43,102 bases of DNA from Thermoleophilia bacterium (GCA_038204345.1 JBBRDB010000002.1:1-43102), one strand, 5' to 3'. Shown: positions 17,287-26,642, counted from the first letter of the stretch. Notes: generated from the letters alone by a model not told the origin. Program-made: numbers and translations.

Positions 17287-18309
17287 CTACATCACGAGGT
17301 TCAGGGCATAGTAGATGAGGGCACCCGCCGCCGCGCAAAACGGCAGGGTGACGACCCAGGCCAGAAGTATCGCACGGAACACTTTCCAGCTGACGGAACC
17401 GAGTCCTCCGGCCAGCCCAGTCCCGGTGACGGAGGAAGTCACCACGTGGGTGGTGGAGACGGGGAGTCCGAAGAAAGACGCCACCTGGATGATCAGCGCA
17501 CCCCCTGCCTCGGCGCTGAACCCGTTGACCGGGTGCAGGTGCGTTATCTTCTCGCCCATCGTCCTGATGAGCCGGAACGAGCGCACCGAAAGGTACGTGC
17601 CCACCGCCATGGCCGACGCCGCCGCCAGGATCACCCAGAGCGGGAAACCGTTCTGGAGGATGTATTGGTCGACGTCGAGGTTATGGCTCGAGGCGATGAA
17701 CAAGACGATGATGCCCATGACCTTGGTGGCGTCGTTGGATCCATGGCTAAAGGATACCCAGCTGGACGAGAGTATCTGCATGTGGCGGAAGAAGCCGTCG
17801 GCTTTGTCGAGATCGAGCCTGAGGCGTCCGAACGCGAACTTGCTCGCCTTCATCAGCAGGAACCCAGTAGCGATGCCCAGGAACGGCGATGTGATCAACG
17901 ATCCCATGACGAGCAGCACCTTAGGCCAGTTGATGCCGTCGATGCCCAGGGCGGCGAACCCCGCTCCCATCAATCCACCCACCAGCGCGTGCGAAGAACT
18001 CACGGGCAGGGCCCAGATCCAGGTGAGCACGTCCCACAGGAGAGCGCCCACGAGCGCGGCTATGACCAGATGAGCAGTGGCGTCAGACGCTTTGATCACT
18101 CCGCCGATCGTCTCGGCAACAGCCACGCCCATCACGAGAGGGCCGATGAAGTTGAAGACGGCTGCGAGACCGATGGCGAACTTGGGTTTCAGCGCGCCCG
18201 TGTAGATAACAGTAGAGACGGCGTTACAACCGTCGTGGAAGCCGTTCATCAAGTCGAAGGCCAAGGCGACCGCCACTACGACCAGCAGCAGGATGGTATC
18301 GCTATCCAC
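17287..18309 (-). CDS. pit: Inorganic phosphate transporter (PiT family)
   Basis: NGFHDGCN, PVSSSHALVGG, SHGSNDA.K.MG, GLPVSTTH signature motifs. Confidence 0.95.
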   Translation of the reverse strand: MDSDTILLLVVVAVALAFDLMNGFHDGCNAVSTVIYTGALKPKFAIGLAAVFNFIGPLVMGVAVAETIGGVIKASDATAHLVIAALVGALLWDVLTWIWALPVSSSHALVGGLMGAGFAALGIDGINWPKVLLVMGSLITSPFLGIATGFLLMKASKFAFGRLRLDLDKADGFFRHMQILSSSWVSFSHGSNDATKVMGIIVLFIASSHNLDVDQYILQNGFPLWVILAAASAMAVGTYLSVRSFRLIRTMGEKITHLHPVNGFSAEAGGALIIQVASFFGLPVSTTHVVTSSVTGTGLAGGLGSVSWKVFRAILLAWVVTLPFCAAAGALIYYALNLVM

Positions 18310-18340
18310 CGGCGATCGCTCGTTCCAACCGGCTCTTCAC
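18302..18340 (-). CDS. Putative 12-aa upstream ORF (MKSRLERAIAGG) overlapping the pit start
   Basis: GTG 18340 with SD AGGGGAGGG 6 nt upstream; the uORF overlaps the pit start by 8 nt, and pit itself lacks a clear SD. Confidence 0.4.
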   Translation of the reverse strand: MKSRLERAIAGG

Positions 18341-18391
18341 GAAGGACCCTCCCCTGACGAGTTGACCGACCGACCCAGAGTACACCGGGCA

Positions 18392-18420
18392 ATCATAGAG
18401 ACGGCGGAGGCGGGCGGCAA
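18392..18420 (-). promoter_or_regulatory. Sigma70-type promoter TTGCCG-17 nt-TATGAT for the pit operon
   Basis: -35 at 18415-18420, -10 at 18392-18397. Confidence 0.6.
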
Positions 18421-18435
18421 CCGCTCTCGTCCGCT

Positions 18436-18469
18436 TTCCTCCCGACTCACGCGTTCCTCCCGACTCACG
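18436..18469. repeat. Direct repeat TTCCTCCCGACTCACG x2 (18-bp period)
   Basis: Copies at 18436-18451 and 18454-18469 in the divergent pit/GGDEF intergenic region. Confidence 0.85.
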
Positions 18470-18486
18470 GTGTCGTTGTAACCAGT

Positions 18487-19884
18487 GTGGACCGATCGGA
18501 AGATACCCTCGAGGTGCCGAGGACACGGGGGCCGGTGCCCGCGTGCACACGCCTGGCGCTCGGGGTCAAGCTGGTTTTCGCGGCCGCGCTTACGCCGTTA
18601 CTCCTTCTCTCCGTAGCCGACACGCACCTGGCGCTCGGCCTGGCGATCGCCTTCATCGTGGCGACCGTCGCACTCGACTACTGGGTGTACCGCGCCGCTG
18701 ACTGCCGAGGCACGCCGGCACAGGCACGCGACGGTAACGAAGCCGCCGACATCGCCGATGCGCGCTCGAGCCTCGAGGGCCTGCTCGGGGATGTGGCGTC
18801 GGGAACTTCCGTCACCCCAGGACTCGAGCTGGAGAGCGTCAGAGCCGACCTTTATCGCCTCCGCGACTTGAACAACCAGCTCATCCGGCTGGGGGATATC
18901 GCTCAAGAACTGAACGCCGCCCTCCCCTTCAAAGAAACGAGAGTCAAGGTACTTGAAGTCTCCCGGCGCCTGCTGGCTGCCGATGTGGTGGCACTCGTTT
19001 CCGAGGAAGGGCGGGAGTTCGCGCTCGAAGGTGCGGACGGCTGCGAGCCCACGGAGATAGATGTCAATTGCTGCTCGTATTATTCCCGCTGCCCCGTGCG
19101 GTCGGCCTTCCGCGATCTGTCGTCATCACATGCGCCGGATCACAGGTGCTCCATGTTCCCGCCAACTATGCGATCGCAGATCTCACTCCCGTTCCAGCTG
19201 ACGGGAGAGCGCACCATGGCGCTGATCGCGGCGGCGACCCGCCCCGACGCCTTCGTCGAGATCAACCCCGTGGTCCTGCGGACGCTCGTAGGACACGTGC
19301 AGACCTCGCTGAGCACGGCCCTCCGCTACGACCGCATCCGACGCGAAGTCGTGACCGATCCGCTCACGAACCTCTACAACCGCCGTTTCTTCGAACAGCG
19401 CGCTCGGGAGGAGATCGAGCGGAGCATCCGCCACCACGTCCCGGTCACGCTCCTCATGCTGGACGTCGACCACTTCAAACGCATCAACGACATCTACGGT
19501 CATCAGACCGGCGACCGAGTATTGCAGAGCGTCGCACATCACCTCAAAGAGAGCGTCCGCGAGAGCGACGTCTGCGCGCGCTACGGCGGAGAAGAGTTCA
19601 TCCTGCTCCTGCCCTCGACGCCCGGACGCAACGCCATGTTCCTTGCCGACAGGCTACGCCGGGGACTGGGGGATCTCATGCACACCGGCCTGGGTCTTCC
19701 CAGCCACGAGAGCGTGACCGTCAGCGGCGGGCTCTCAACCTGCCCCCGTGACGCCACCGAGGTTCAGAGTCTCATCCGGTGCGCCGACACGGCGCTCTAC
19801 GAAGCCAAGAACGGCGGACGAAACCGGATCGTGCGCGCCACATTGCCGGTTGCCCTTGTACTCGACGAGACGAGGGGAGCCTAG
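18487..19884 (+). CDS. Membrane-anchored diguanylate cyclase (2 TM, GAF-like, GGDEF)
   Basis: TDPLTNLYNRR, DVDHFKRIND.YGH..GD, RESD I-site, RYGGEEF, ADTALYEAKNGGRNR. Confidence 0.93.
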   Translation: MDRSEDTLEVPRTRGPVPACTRLALGVKLVFAAALTPLLLLSVADTHLALGLAIAFIVATVALDYWVYRAADCRGTPAQARDGNEAADIADARSSLEGLLGDVASGTSVTPGLELESVRADLYRLRDLNNQLIRLGDIAQELNAALPFKETRVKVLEVSRRLLAADVVALVSEEGREFALEGADGCEPTEIDVNCCSYYSRCPVRSAFRDLSSSHAPDHRCSMFPPTMRSQISLPFQLTGERTMALIAAATRPDAFVEINPVVLRTLVGHVQTSLSTALRYDRIRREVVTDPLTNLYNRRFFEQRAREEIERSIRHHVPVTLLMLDVDHFKRINDIYGHQTGDRVLQSVAHHLKESVRESDVCARYGGEEFILLLPSTPGRNAMFLADRLRRGLGDLMHTGLGLPSHESVTVSGGLSTCPRDATEVQSLIRCADTALYEAKNGGRNRIVRATLPVALVLDETRGA

Positions 19885-19887
19885 GGC

Positions 19888-20826
19888 CTACAGGTAGTTC
19901 TTCCGCCAAAACAGCAGCGCCGCCATGGACGACAACCCGAGCGAGATGAGCAGCACGATAAGGAAGGCGTGCGGATTATCCTGGAAAGGGAGGGGGACGT
20001 TCATGCCGTACAGCGACGAAACCATCACTGGGAACGAGAGGATGATGGTGATCGAGGCCAGGAACTTCATCACTATGTTCAGGTTGTTGCTTATGATCGA
20101 GGCAAAGGCGTCCATCATGCCGGCCAAGATGTTGGAATAGACCTCGGCCATCTCGATGGCCTGACGGGTCTCGACGATCACGTCTTCGAGCAGGTCCTCG
20201 TCTTCCTCGTACTTCTTGATCGCCGGCGTGCGCAGCAGCTTCTGGAGCACGGCGTCGTTGGAGCGCAGGGACGTGCTGAAGTAGACGAGCGCCTTGGCCA
20301 TTGTGAGGAGATCGAACAACTCCTCGTTCTTCATCGACTGGCGGAGTTCCCTCTCGATCTTGTCGGTCTCGCGGTCGATCCGCCCCAGGTAGCGCAGGTA
20401 GAAGCTGGAAACCTGCAGGAGGATCTGCAGCAGGAAACGGGTCTTCTTGAAGGTGGCGAAACCGCGCACCTCACCGCGTTCGAATTCCCCCAGGATGGGG
20501 TTGGCCTGCAGACAGGTGGTTATGAAGTAATCAGGGTGGACCAGCATGCCCAGTGGGATGGTGTCGTACTCCCGTTCGGCTCCCACGCGCTCGATGATGG
20601 GTATGTCTACGATCACGTGGGTGAGATCATCCTCGACATCAATGCGGGATTTCTCTTCGGCATCTAGGGGGCCGCGCAAGAAGGCGAGGGGGATGTCCAA
20701 CGCCTCCGTGACTCGGTTGAGTTCCTCGTCAGTGGGGCTGACCAGATCGATCCAGGCACCGGATTCGAAGTCCTCGATCTGTTTGAAGGCCCCGGAAGAA
20801 AGATCTGTCTTGAAGATGTTAAGCAT
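19888..20826 (-). CDS. corA: CorA family magnesium transporter
   Basis: ISNNLNIVMKFL, YGMNV signature, two C-terminal TMs; SD AAAGGAGGTG. Confidence 0.95.
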   Translation of the reverse strand: MLNIFKTDLSSGAFKQIEDFESGAWIDLVSPTDEELNRVTEALDIPLAFLRGPLDAEEKSRIDVEDDLTHVIVDIPIIERVGAEREYDTIPLGMLVHPDYFITTCLQANPILGEFERGEVRGFATFKKTRFLLQILLQVSSFYLRYLGRIDRETDKIERELRQSMKNEELFDLLTMAKALVYFSTSLRSNDAVLQKLLRTPAIKKYEEDEDLLEDVIVETRQAIEMAEVYSNILAGMMDAFASIISNNLNIVMKFLASITIILSFPVMVSSLYGMNVPLPFQDNPHAFLIVLLISLGLSSMAALLFWRKNYL

Positions 20827-20899
20827 GACTCACCTCCTTTGCAGGCGGTCCGCGCATACCGAAGAAACGGCGCGACACCAATACAACCCGTGCATTCTC

Positions 20900-20923
20900 T
20901 CACGAAGGTCTAGGCGGCGCCAC
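20900..20923 (-). CDS. Putative Pro-rich leader peptide MAPPRPS upstream of corA
   Basis: GTG GCG CCG CCT AGA CCT TCG TGA with SD GGAAGGAGG 8 nt upstream; ends 73 nt before the corA ATG. Confidence 0.4.
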   Translation of the reverse strand: MAPPRPS

Positions 20924-21020
20924 GGGGCGCCCCTCCTTCCCGGAGCTCTCGAGCCGGTGCTAGTATTGGGCATTCGGCCGCCGACCGGCGCCGCGAAGAA
21001 TCGAGCACGGGGCTGTAGCC

Positions 21021-24000
21021 ATGCGACCCACTCTCACCGCCATCGAGCGTGACCTCCGCGGACTCCTGTTGGGAGACGTGGAGTTCGACGCCGTGACCCG
21101 CCACCTGTACGCCACCGACGGTGGCATCTACCAGATCGAGCCCATGGGCGTGGTGTCGCCGCGCGACGCCGAAGACGTCGCCAGACTGGTGGAGTACTGC
21201 ACCGAGCGGGGCGTGCCGTTGGTGCCACGGGGAGCAGGTTCCGGTCTCGCGGGCGCCGCCGTGGGCGCGGGCCTCATGGTCGACTTCACCCGCTACATGA
21301 ACAAGATCTTGGAGGTGGCGCCGGACGGGTCATGGGCCCGGGTGCAGCCCGGTCTGGTGATGGGCGTGCTGAACGCCCACATGAAGCGGTACGGCACCTT
21401 CTTCGCCCCCAACCCTTCCAGCGAGAACTACTGTTCGCTCGGCGGAATGATCGCCAACAATTCGTCGGGTGGCCGCAGCGTCGCCTACGGCGCCACGAAA
21501 GACCACGTGCTGGCCCTGGATGTCGTACTCTCCGGCGGGGAGCTGTTCCATGCCGGGCCTGTCGCCCGAGGCTCAGAAGCTCTGGCCGCGGTGCTGGGAA
21601 CGGGCGGCCGGGCAGGCGCAGCCTACGCGGAACTCCTGCCGCTTCTCGACGCGAGACGTGGCACCATCGCCCGCTCCATGCCCCGCGTGATGAAGAACTG
21701 CTCGGGCTACCGGGTGGAGACGGTGCTCGAGTGGGGCTCGGACGCACCCCGGTACGGCGCCTACGACGGGGCGGCGGCCTTGGCCGCCGCCGACGGGGAG
21801 TGGGCCCGGGCCAACCTCCAGAAACTCTTCGTGGGCTCCGAGGGCACGCTCGGGCTGGTGACCGAGGCCACGCTCAACCTGGTGCCGCTGCCCGGCCGCC
21901 GGGCCATCGGCATGGCCTACTTCCCCACCGTGTTCAGCGCCGGCGAGGCGGTGCATCCCATCTTGGGGCTCAAACCCACCTCGCTCGAGATCATGGACGC
22001 GAATTTCCTGCGGTTCGTGCGCCAGAGCAACTCCAAGATCGACGCCATGCTGCCCGAGACGGTCGACACCGCCCTCCTGGTGGAGTTCGAGGCCGCCGAC
22101 GACGCCGAACTCGCCGAGCAGTTGGCGTCGCTGGAGGGACTGTTGGCGGGCGGTGACGCGCTCGAAGTGAAGCGTGCTCTCGACCCGGCGGACCAGAAGC
22201 AGCTCTGGGCCGTGCGTCAAGCGGCGGTGCCGCTGCTGCAGAAGCTTCCCGGACCGAAGAAGATCGTGGAGTTCATAGAAGACGCCACGGTGCACCCCGA
22301 AGTGTTGGCCGAGTATATGAGCCGCCTCAACACCATCCTTCAGAGCCGCGACGTTCAGGCCATCATGTACGGCCACGCCGGTGACGGCAACATCCACACA
22401 CGGCCGATCCTGGACATGCGCGACCCCGGCGACCTCCGCCTCATGCAGGAGATCATGGAGGAGGTCATGGAGCTGATCCTCGACCTCAAGGCGACTCCCT
22501 CCGGGGAGCACGGCGACGGCATCGTGCGCTCACCCTATGTGCGCCGAGTCTACGGCGACGAGGTCTACGGCGTGTTCGAGCAGATCAAGGAGGCCTTCGA
22601 CCCCACCGGCATCATGAACCCGGGGAAGAAGGTGGTGAACCCGGCCGAGACCGGCGGCATCGCCACCAACCTCCGCTACGGCCGCGGCTACTGGACGCAC
22701 GAACAGAGCCCACTACTGCACTTCCCCGGTGGGGAGTACGAACGCGAGATCGAGAAGTGTCACGGCTGCGCCCAGTGCAAGAGCCTGGTGGCCACCACCA
22801 TGTGCCCAACCTTCAAGGCTACCCGGCGCGAGCACGCCTCACCGCGGGCCAAGGCCAACGCGCTCCGCAACATCATCCGCGGCCGCCTTGACCCAGGGCT
22901 GCACACCGACGCCGCCCTCAAGGAAGTCACCGACTACTGCATCGAGTGCGGCATGTGCGCGCTCGAGTGTCCGTCGAACGTGAACATCCCCAAGTTGATG
23001 CTGGAGGCCAAGGCCACATACCGCGGCGCCCACGTCGGCGGTGCCACCGACCAGGTGCTGGGCCGCGCGGAGTTGGTGTCCAAGGTGAGCCGCGCGGCCT
23101 CCCCCGTGGTCAACCCGCTGATGGGCAACCCGGTGGTGCGCCGGTTGGGCGAACGTCTGGCGGGCATCGACCGCCGCCGCACCCTGCCCACCTACGCACG
23201 CAGGAGTTGGGAGCAGATGCTGGCCGAACGCCGCAAGGGCGCGGTCATCCTGCATCCGGTGCCCGGCCAGGGCGGAGCGACGGACCTTGGTGGAGCCGCC
23301 AAGGCGGCCGACGCCCCCGCCCCCGAACGCGGCGCAGGCGCGACGTCAGACGCCCATGCCGCCGGCGCCGCCAGATCGGCAGGCGCCCCGGCCGCCGCCA
23401 CCAAACCCGTGGCCTTCTTCTACGACGTCTACGCCAACTACAACGACCCCGGGCTGGCCCAGACCTTCGACTCCCTCCTGCGCGCCCACGGCGTGCCCGT
23501 GGAGTACCCGGAGCAGAAGGGCAGCGCGATCCCAGAGATGCTCTACGGTTACCTCGACCGCGCCCGCGCGACGGCGGATTTCAACGTGCGTCACGCGCTG
23601 CCCTACGTGCGCGACGGAGCCTTCCTGGTGAGCGGTGAACCCACGGCCAGTTTCGCCTTCAAGGTGCACTACCCCGATATCATCTCGAGTGAGGAGTGCT
23701 CCCTGGTAGCCAATGCCACCCGTGACCTGGGCGAGTTCCTGGCGTCGCGACGCGCCGAGCACCCAGAGGCGGCGCCCCAGCCGGTGAACGAGCTCAAGCT
23801 CAAGGTCGCCTACCATCAACCCTGCCACCTCAAGACCCAGCAGGTGGGCTCCCCCTTCTTCGACCTACTGAAGCAGGTGCCGGGACTGGAGATGGTGAAC
23901 CTCGACATGGGATGCTGCGGCATGGCCGGCACGTTCGGCATGAAGGCGGGCACCTTCGACCTCAGCATGGAGACGGGCCGCCCGCTCTTCGAACGAGTGG

Positions 24001-24122
24001 CCGACGTAGCCCCCGACCTGGTGGCTTCAGAGTGCAGCACCTGCCGCATGCAGCTGGCCCAGGCGACAGGCAAGGACACGGTCCATCCGGCGGAATTGCT
24101 GGCGCGCGCCTACGGGATCTAG
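21021..24122 (+). CDS. FAD-linked 2-hydroxyacid dehydrogenase-like protein with 4Fe-4S and CCG domains (GlcD/GlpC-type fusion)
   Basis: PRGAGSGLAG, GGMIANNSSG, GSEGTLG, GHAGDGNIH, SGEHGDG, FDP.GIMNPGK; CHGCAQC..MCP and CIECGMC..ECP; HQPCH, CCGMAG, ECSTC. Confidence 0.93.
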   Translation: MRPTLTAIERDLRGLLLGDVEFDAVTRHLYATDGGIYQIEPMGVVSPRDAEDVARLVEYCTERGVPLVPRGAGSGLAGAAVGAGLMVDFTRYMNKILEVAPDGSWARVQPGLVMGVLNAHMKRYGTFFAPNPSSENYCSLGGMIANNSSGGRSVAYGATKDHVLALDVVLSGGELFHAGPVARGSEALAAVLGTGGRAGAAYAELLPLLDARRGTIARSMPRVMKNCSGYRVETVLEWGSDAPRYGAYDGAAALAAADGEWARANLQKLFVGSEGTLGLVTEATLNLVPLPGRRAIGMAYFPTVFSAGEAVHPILGLKPTSLEIMDANFLRFVRQSNSKIDAMLPETVDTALLVEFEAADDAELAEQLASLEGLLAGGDALEVKRALDPADQKQLWAVRQAAVPLLQKLPGPKKIVEFIEDATVHPEVLAEYMSRLNTILQSRDVQAIMYGHAGDGNIHTRPILDMRDPGDLRLMQEIMEEVMELILDLKATPSGEHGDGIVRSPYVRRVYGDEVYGVFEQIKEAFDPTGIMNPGKKVVNPAETGGIATNLRYGRGYWTHEQSPLLHFPGGEYEREIEKCHGCAQCKSLVATTMCPTFKATRREHASPRAKANALRNIIRGRLDPGLHTDAALKEVTDYCIECGMCALECPSNVNIPKLMLEAKATYRGAHVGGATDQVLGRAELVSKVSRAASPVVNPLMGNPVVRRLGERLAGIDRRRTLPTYARRSWEQMLAERRKGAVILHPVPGQGGATDLGGAAKAADAPAPERGAGATSDAHAAGAARSAGAPAAATKPVAFFYDVYANYNDPGLAQTFDSLLRAHGVPVEYPEQKGSAIPEMLYGYLDRARATADFNVRHALPYVRDGAFLVSGEPTASFAFKVHYPDIISSEECSLVANATRDLGEFLASRRAEHPEAAPQPVNELKLKVAYHQPCHLKTQQVGSPFFDLLKQVPGLEMVNLDMGCCGMAGTFGMKAGTFDLSMETGRPLFERVADVAPDLVASECSTCRMQLAQATGKDTVHPAELLARAYGI

Positions 24123-24213
24123 CCGCACCGGTCGTCGACGGCGCCCCGGTCCGTCGGCCTGGGGGCAGCGATGCGTCCCGAGCGAGCGGCGTGAAGGAAG
24201 AGAGGAGAACGCA

Positions 24214-25473
24214 GTGTACATCGACGTGCCCTGGGACACAGCCTCGGTTCCGGTGAGGATCGACGAGTCACGCCTCGGCGAGGTGGTAGAGTCGCGCACC
24301 GTCAAAGTGCGTGACGAGGCCATGCTCATCGACGACCTCCTCGCGGGGGGCGACGGCCAACCATCGTTCGACGACTTCCTGAGCGCCACTCAGGGCACCA
24401 TCCTCGTCCTCGTCAACGACGCTACGCGCCCCACCCCCAGCGGCCGCGTGATCGAGATCATCGCCGACCGATTCAAGGGCCGGCATGTGGAGTTCCTGGT
24501 GGCTACAGGATCACACAAGGTGCCGGGGGAGACGGAGTTGGAGCAGATCTTCGGCCGCGCCATGCGCGAGCGCTTCCTTGACCGCATCTCGAGCCATGAC
24601 GCGCGAAACCAGGACGATCTCGTCCACCTCGGCGAGACCTCGCGCGGCACGCAGGCGTGGGTGAACCGCCGCCTGGCGGAGGCCACCGACGTACTGTTGA
24701 TCAACTCAGTGGAGCCCCACTACTTCGCGGGCTACACCGGCGGGAGGAAGTCGATCTTCCCCGGAGTGGCGGGCTTCGAGACCATCCAGGGAAACCACAA
24801 ACTGGCCCTCGACCCGGCTGCCGACAACCTGGCCCTCGAGGGTAACCCGGTGCACGAAGACCTGATGGAGATGATGGGCATGCTCTCGGAGAAGCGCATG
24901 TATTCCATCCAGATGGTGCTCGACCACCAACACCGCATCCACATGGCCTTCGCCGGAGGACTGGAGGAGAGCTGGCGCGCGGCGGTGGAGCACGCCGACG
25001 GTCACTACGTGGTTGAACTGTCCCAGCGCTACGACATCGTCGTGGCGGCCGCTCCGTACCCCATGGACTACGACCTCTATCAGTCGCAGAAGGCCCTGGA
25101 GAACGGCTCCCTGGCGCTGAAGGACGGAGGCATCCTCATCCTGGTGTCCAAGTGTCGCCACGGCATCGGCCCCGAGACGTTCTTCAACTTGATGGCCAAG
25201 GCCGCCACCCCCGAGGAGGTGCTCACTTCCATCGCCGGAGATTACGTCCTTGGCTACCACAAGGCCGGACGGCTCGCCCTGATCGCCCAGCGGGGCGAGA
25301 TGTGGGGGGTCACCGACCTCCCCGAGGAGGAGTTGGATGCCGCCTTCATCCGCCCCTTCCCCAGCGTCCAAAAGGCGGTAGACGCGGCCCTGGCGCGCAA
25401 GGGCCCCAAGGCCAAGGTACTCTTCCTCATGGATGCGTCTATCACGGTGCCCCGGGTGAACGGAGCACCATGA
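24214..25473 (+). CDS. larA: Nickel-pincer-dependent lactate racemase family protein (LarA homolog)
   Basis: VNDATRPTP, ATGSH, EPHYFAGYTGGRKSIFPG, GNH, DLYQSQKAL, GYHKA motifs of the LarA family; exact substrate not determinable. Confidence 0.9.
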   Translation: MYIDVPWDTASVPVRIDESRLGEVVESRTVKVRDEAMLIDDLLAGGDGQPSFDDFLSATQGTILVLVNDATRPTPSGRVIEIIADRFKGRHVEFLVATGSHKVPGETELEQIFGRAMRERFLDRISSHDARNQDDLVHLGETSRGTQAWVNRRLAEATDVLLINSVEPHYFAGYTGGRKSIFPGVAGFETIQGNHKLALDPAADNLALEGNPVHEDLMEMMGMLSEKRMYSIQMVLDHQHRIHMAFAGGLEESWRAAVEHADGHYVVELSQRYDIVVAAAPYPMDYDLYQSQKALENGSLALKDGGILILVSKCRHGIGPETFFNLMAKAATPEEVLTSIAGDYVLGYHKAGRLALIAQRGEMWGVTDLPEEELDAAFIRPFPSVQKAVDAALARKGPKAKVLFLMDASITVPRVNGAP

Positions 25474-25548
25474 TAGACTTCCTTCTTGGTCCGCCTTCGC
25501 GACGGGACTGCGGCGCGCCTCGATAGACATCGAGCAAGAGGGGGGTAA

Positions 25549-26466
25549 GTGGCAGAGAGGAAGATCCCACGGTCGAACTGGCCCTTCCGCCTGTCGCCCG
25601 ACACTCCCCCCGAACGCATCGCCGAGATCAAGAAGAAGGTCGAAGCCCTGGACTCGGCCGCCCAATACGGCTGGGGCCACTCCATCGACTTCGGCCCCTT
25701 TGAGAAGCAAGGTCTGCTCGGCGACAACTTCCTCGACGTCGCGGGAATGCTCGATCAATGGGGTTGGTGGCCCCGCGACCTCAACGGGATGCGGGTGGCG
25801 GACGTGGGATGCTTCACTGGGGGACTTTCTCTCATCATGGCGGCCAGGGGACCATCGGTTGTATACGCTGTAGACGAGGTGGGTGAGCACCTCGACCAGG
25901 CCGTCTTCCTGGCCGACGTGTTCGGACAAACTTCTGTGGAAGCAGTGAGGGCCTCGGTGTACGACCTGACCGGGCACATCCCGGAGAACAGCCTCGACCT
26001 GGTGCTTCTGAGTGGCGTTCTATACCACCTCAGCGACATGTTGCTAGGCCTCTACATCCTGAGACGTTTACTGAAGCCAGGCGGGGTCCTGCTGATCGAA
26101 AGCAACGCGGTCAACGACAACAAACGCTCGTTCGCCAACTTCGGCCGCTTCTACAAGGGAATGTGGTGGCAACCGTCGGGCCTTTGCATCAGCGACATGT
26201 GTGAGTTCATGGGATTCGGCGGTGCTGAAGTGCGTTTCTACGGCCCTGATCGGTGCCTGGCACGAGCCACACGTTCACCCGACGACGATATCCCATTCAA
26301 GCGAGGTCTGAACTGGCATTTCGAGTCGCTCAAGGACGCCCGATTCCGCTCGGTCGACGCGGGAGTCTTAGCACCCGTCCGGTCATACGCGAATTGGAAG
26401 CACTTCCTGCGGAGGCTGCCACGTAAGGTGACGCGGCGCCTGAAGTCCGTGGCATCCCGGAGTTGA
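25549..26466 (+). CDS. Class I SAM-dependent methyltransferase (CmoB/DUF1698-like)
   Basis: RVADVGCFTGG motif I, DLVLLSGVLYHL, LKPGGVLLIES, WW.PS. Confidence 0.85.
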   Translation: MAERKIPRSNWPFRLSPDTPPERIAEIKKKVEALDSAAQYGWGHSIDFGPFEKQGLLGDNFLDVAGMLDQWGWWPRDLNGMRVADVGCFTGGLSLIMAARGPSVVYAVDEVGEHLDQAVFLADVFGQTSVEAVRASVYDLTGHIPENSLDLVLLSGVLYHLSDMLLGLYILRRLLKPGGVLLIESNAVNDNKRSFANFGRFYKGMWWQPSGLCISDMCEFMGFGGAEVRFYGPDRCLARATRSPDDDIPFKRGLNWHFESLKDARFRSVDAGVLAPVRSYANWKHFLRRLPRKVTRRLKSVASRS

Positions 26467-26642
26467 CCGGGAGCCGGCGTCCGGTGTCTCAAGTGAGGGA
26501 GATCGAGCCCCAACGGACCTAAGGCGGGCACCGCGAGAGCGGTCGCGCGCCAAGCGGCCCAGTCGATATCCTCGTGACACCAGGTCCGGTGGAGAGGGAG
26601 TCGTCCGGTCCTCCGGCCGCGAAGAAAGCCTGTTGATTGGTG

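Noticed and set aside
17131-18357. 408-aa and 252-aa + strand ORFs
   Set aside because: Antisense shadows of pit and the DUF47 gene.
20827-21020. M-box (ykoK) riboswitch upstream of corA
   Set aside because: No recognisable M-box conserved sequence or terminator; a cmscan would be decisive.
24706-25977. 423-aa minus-strand ORF
   Set aside because: Antisense to larA and the methyltransferase; no motifs.
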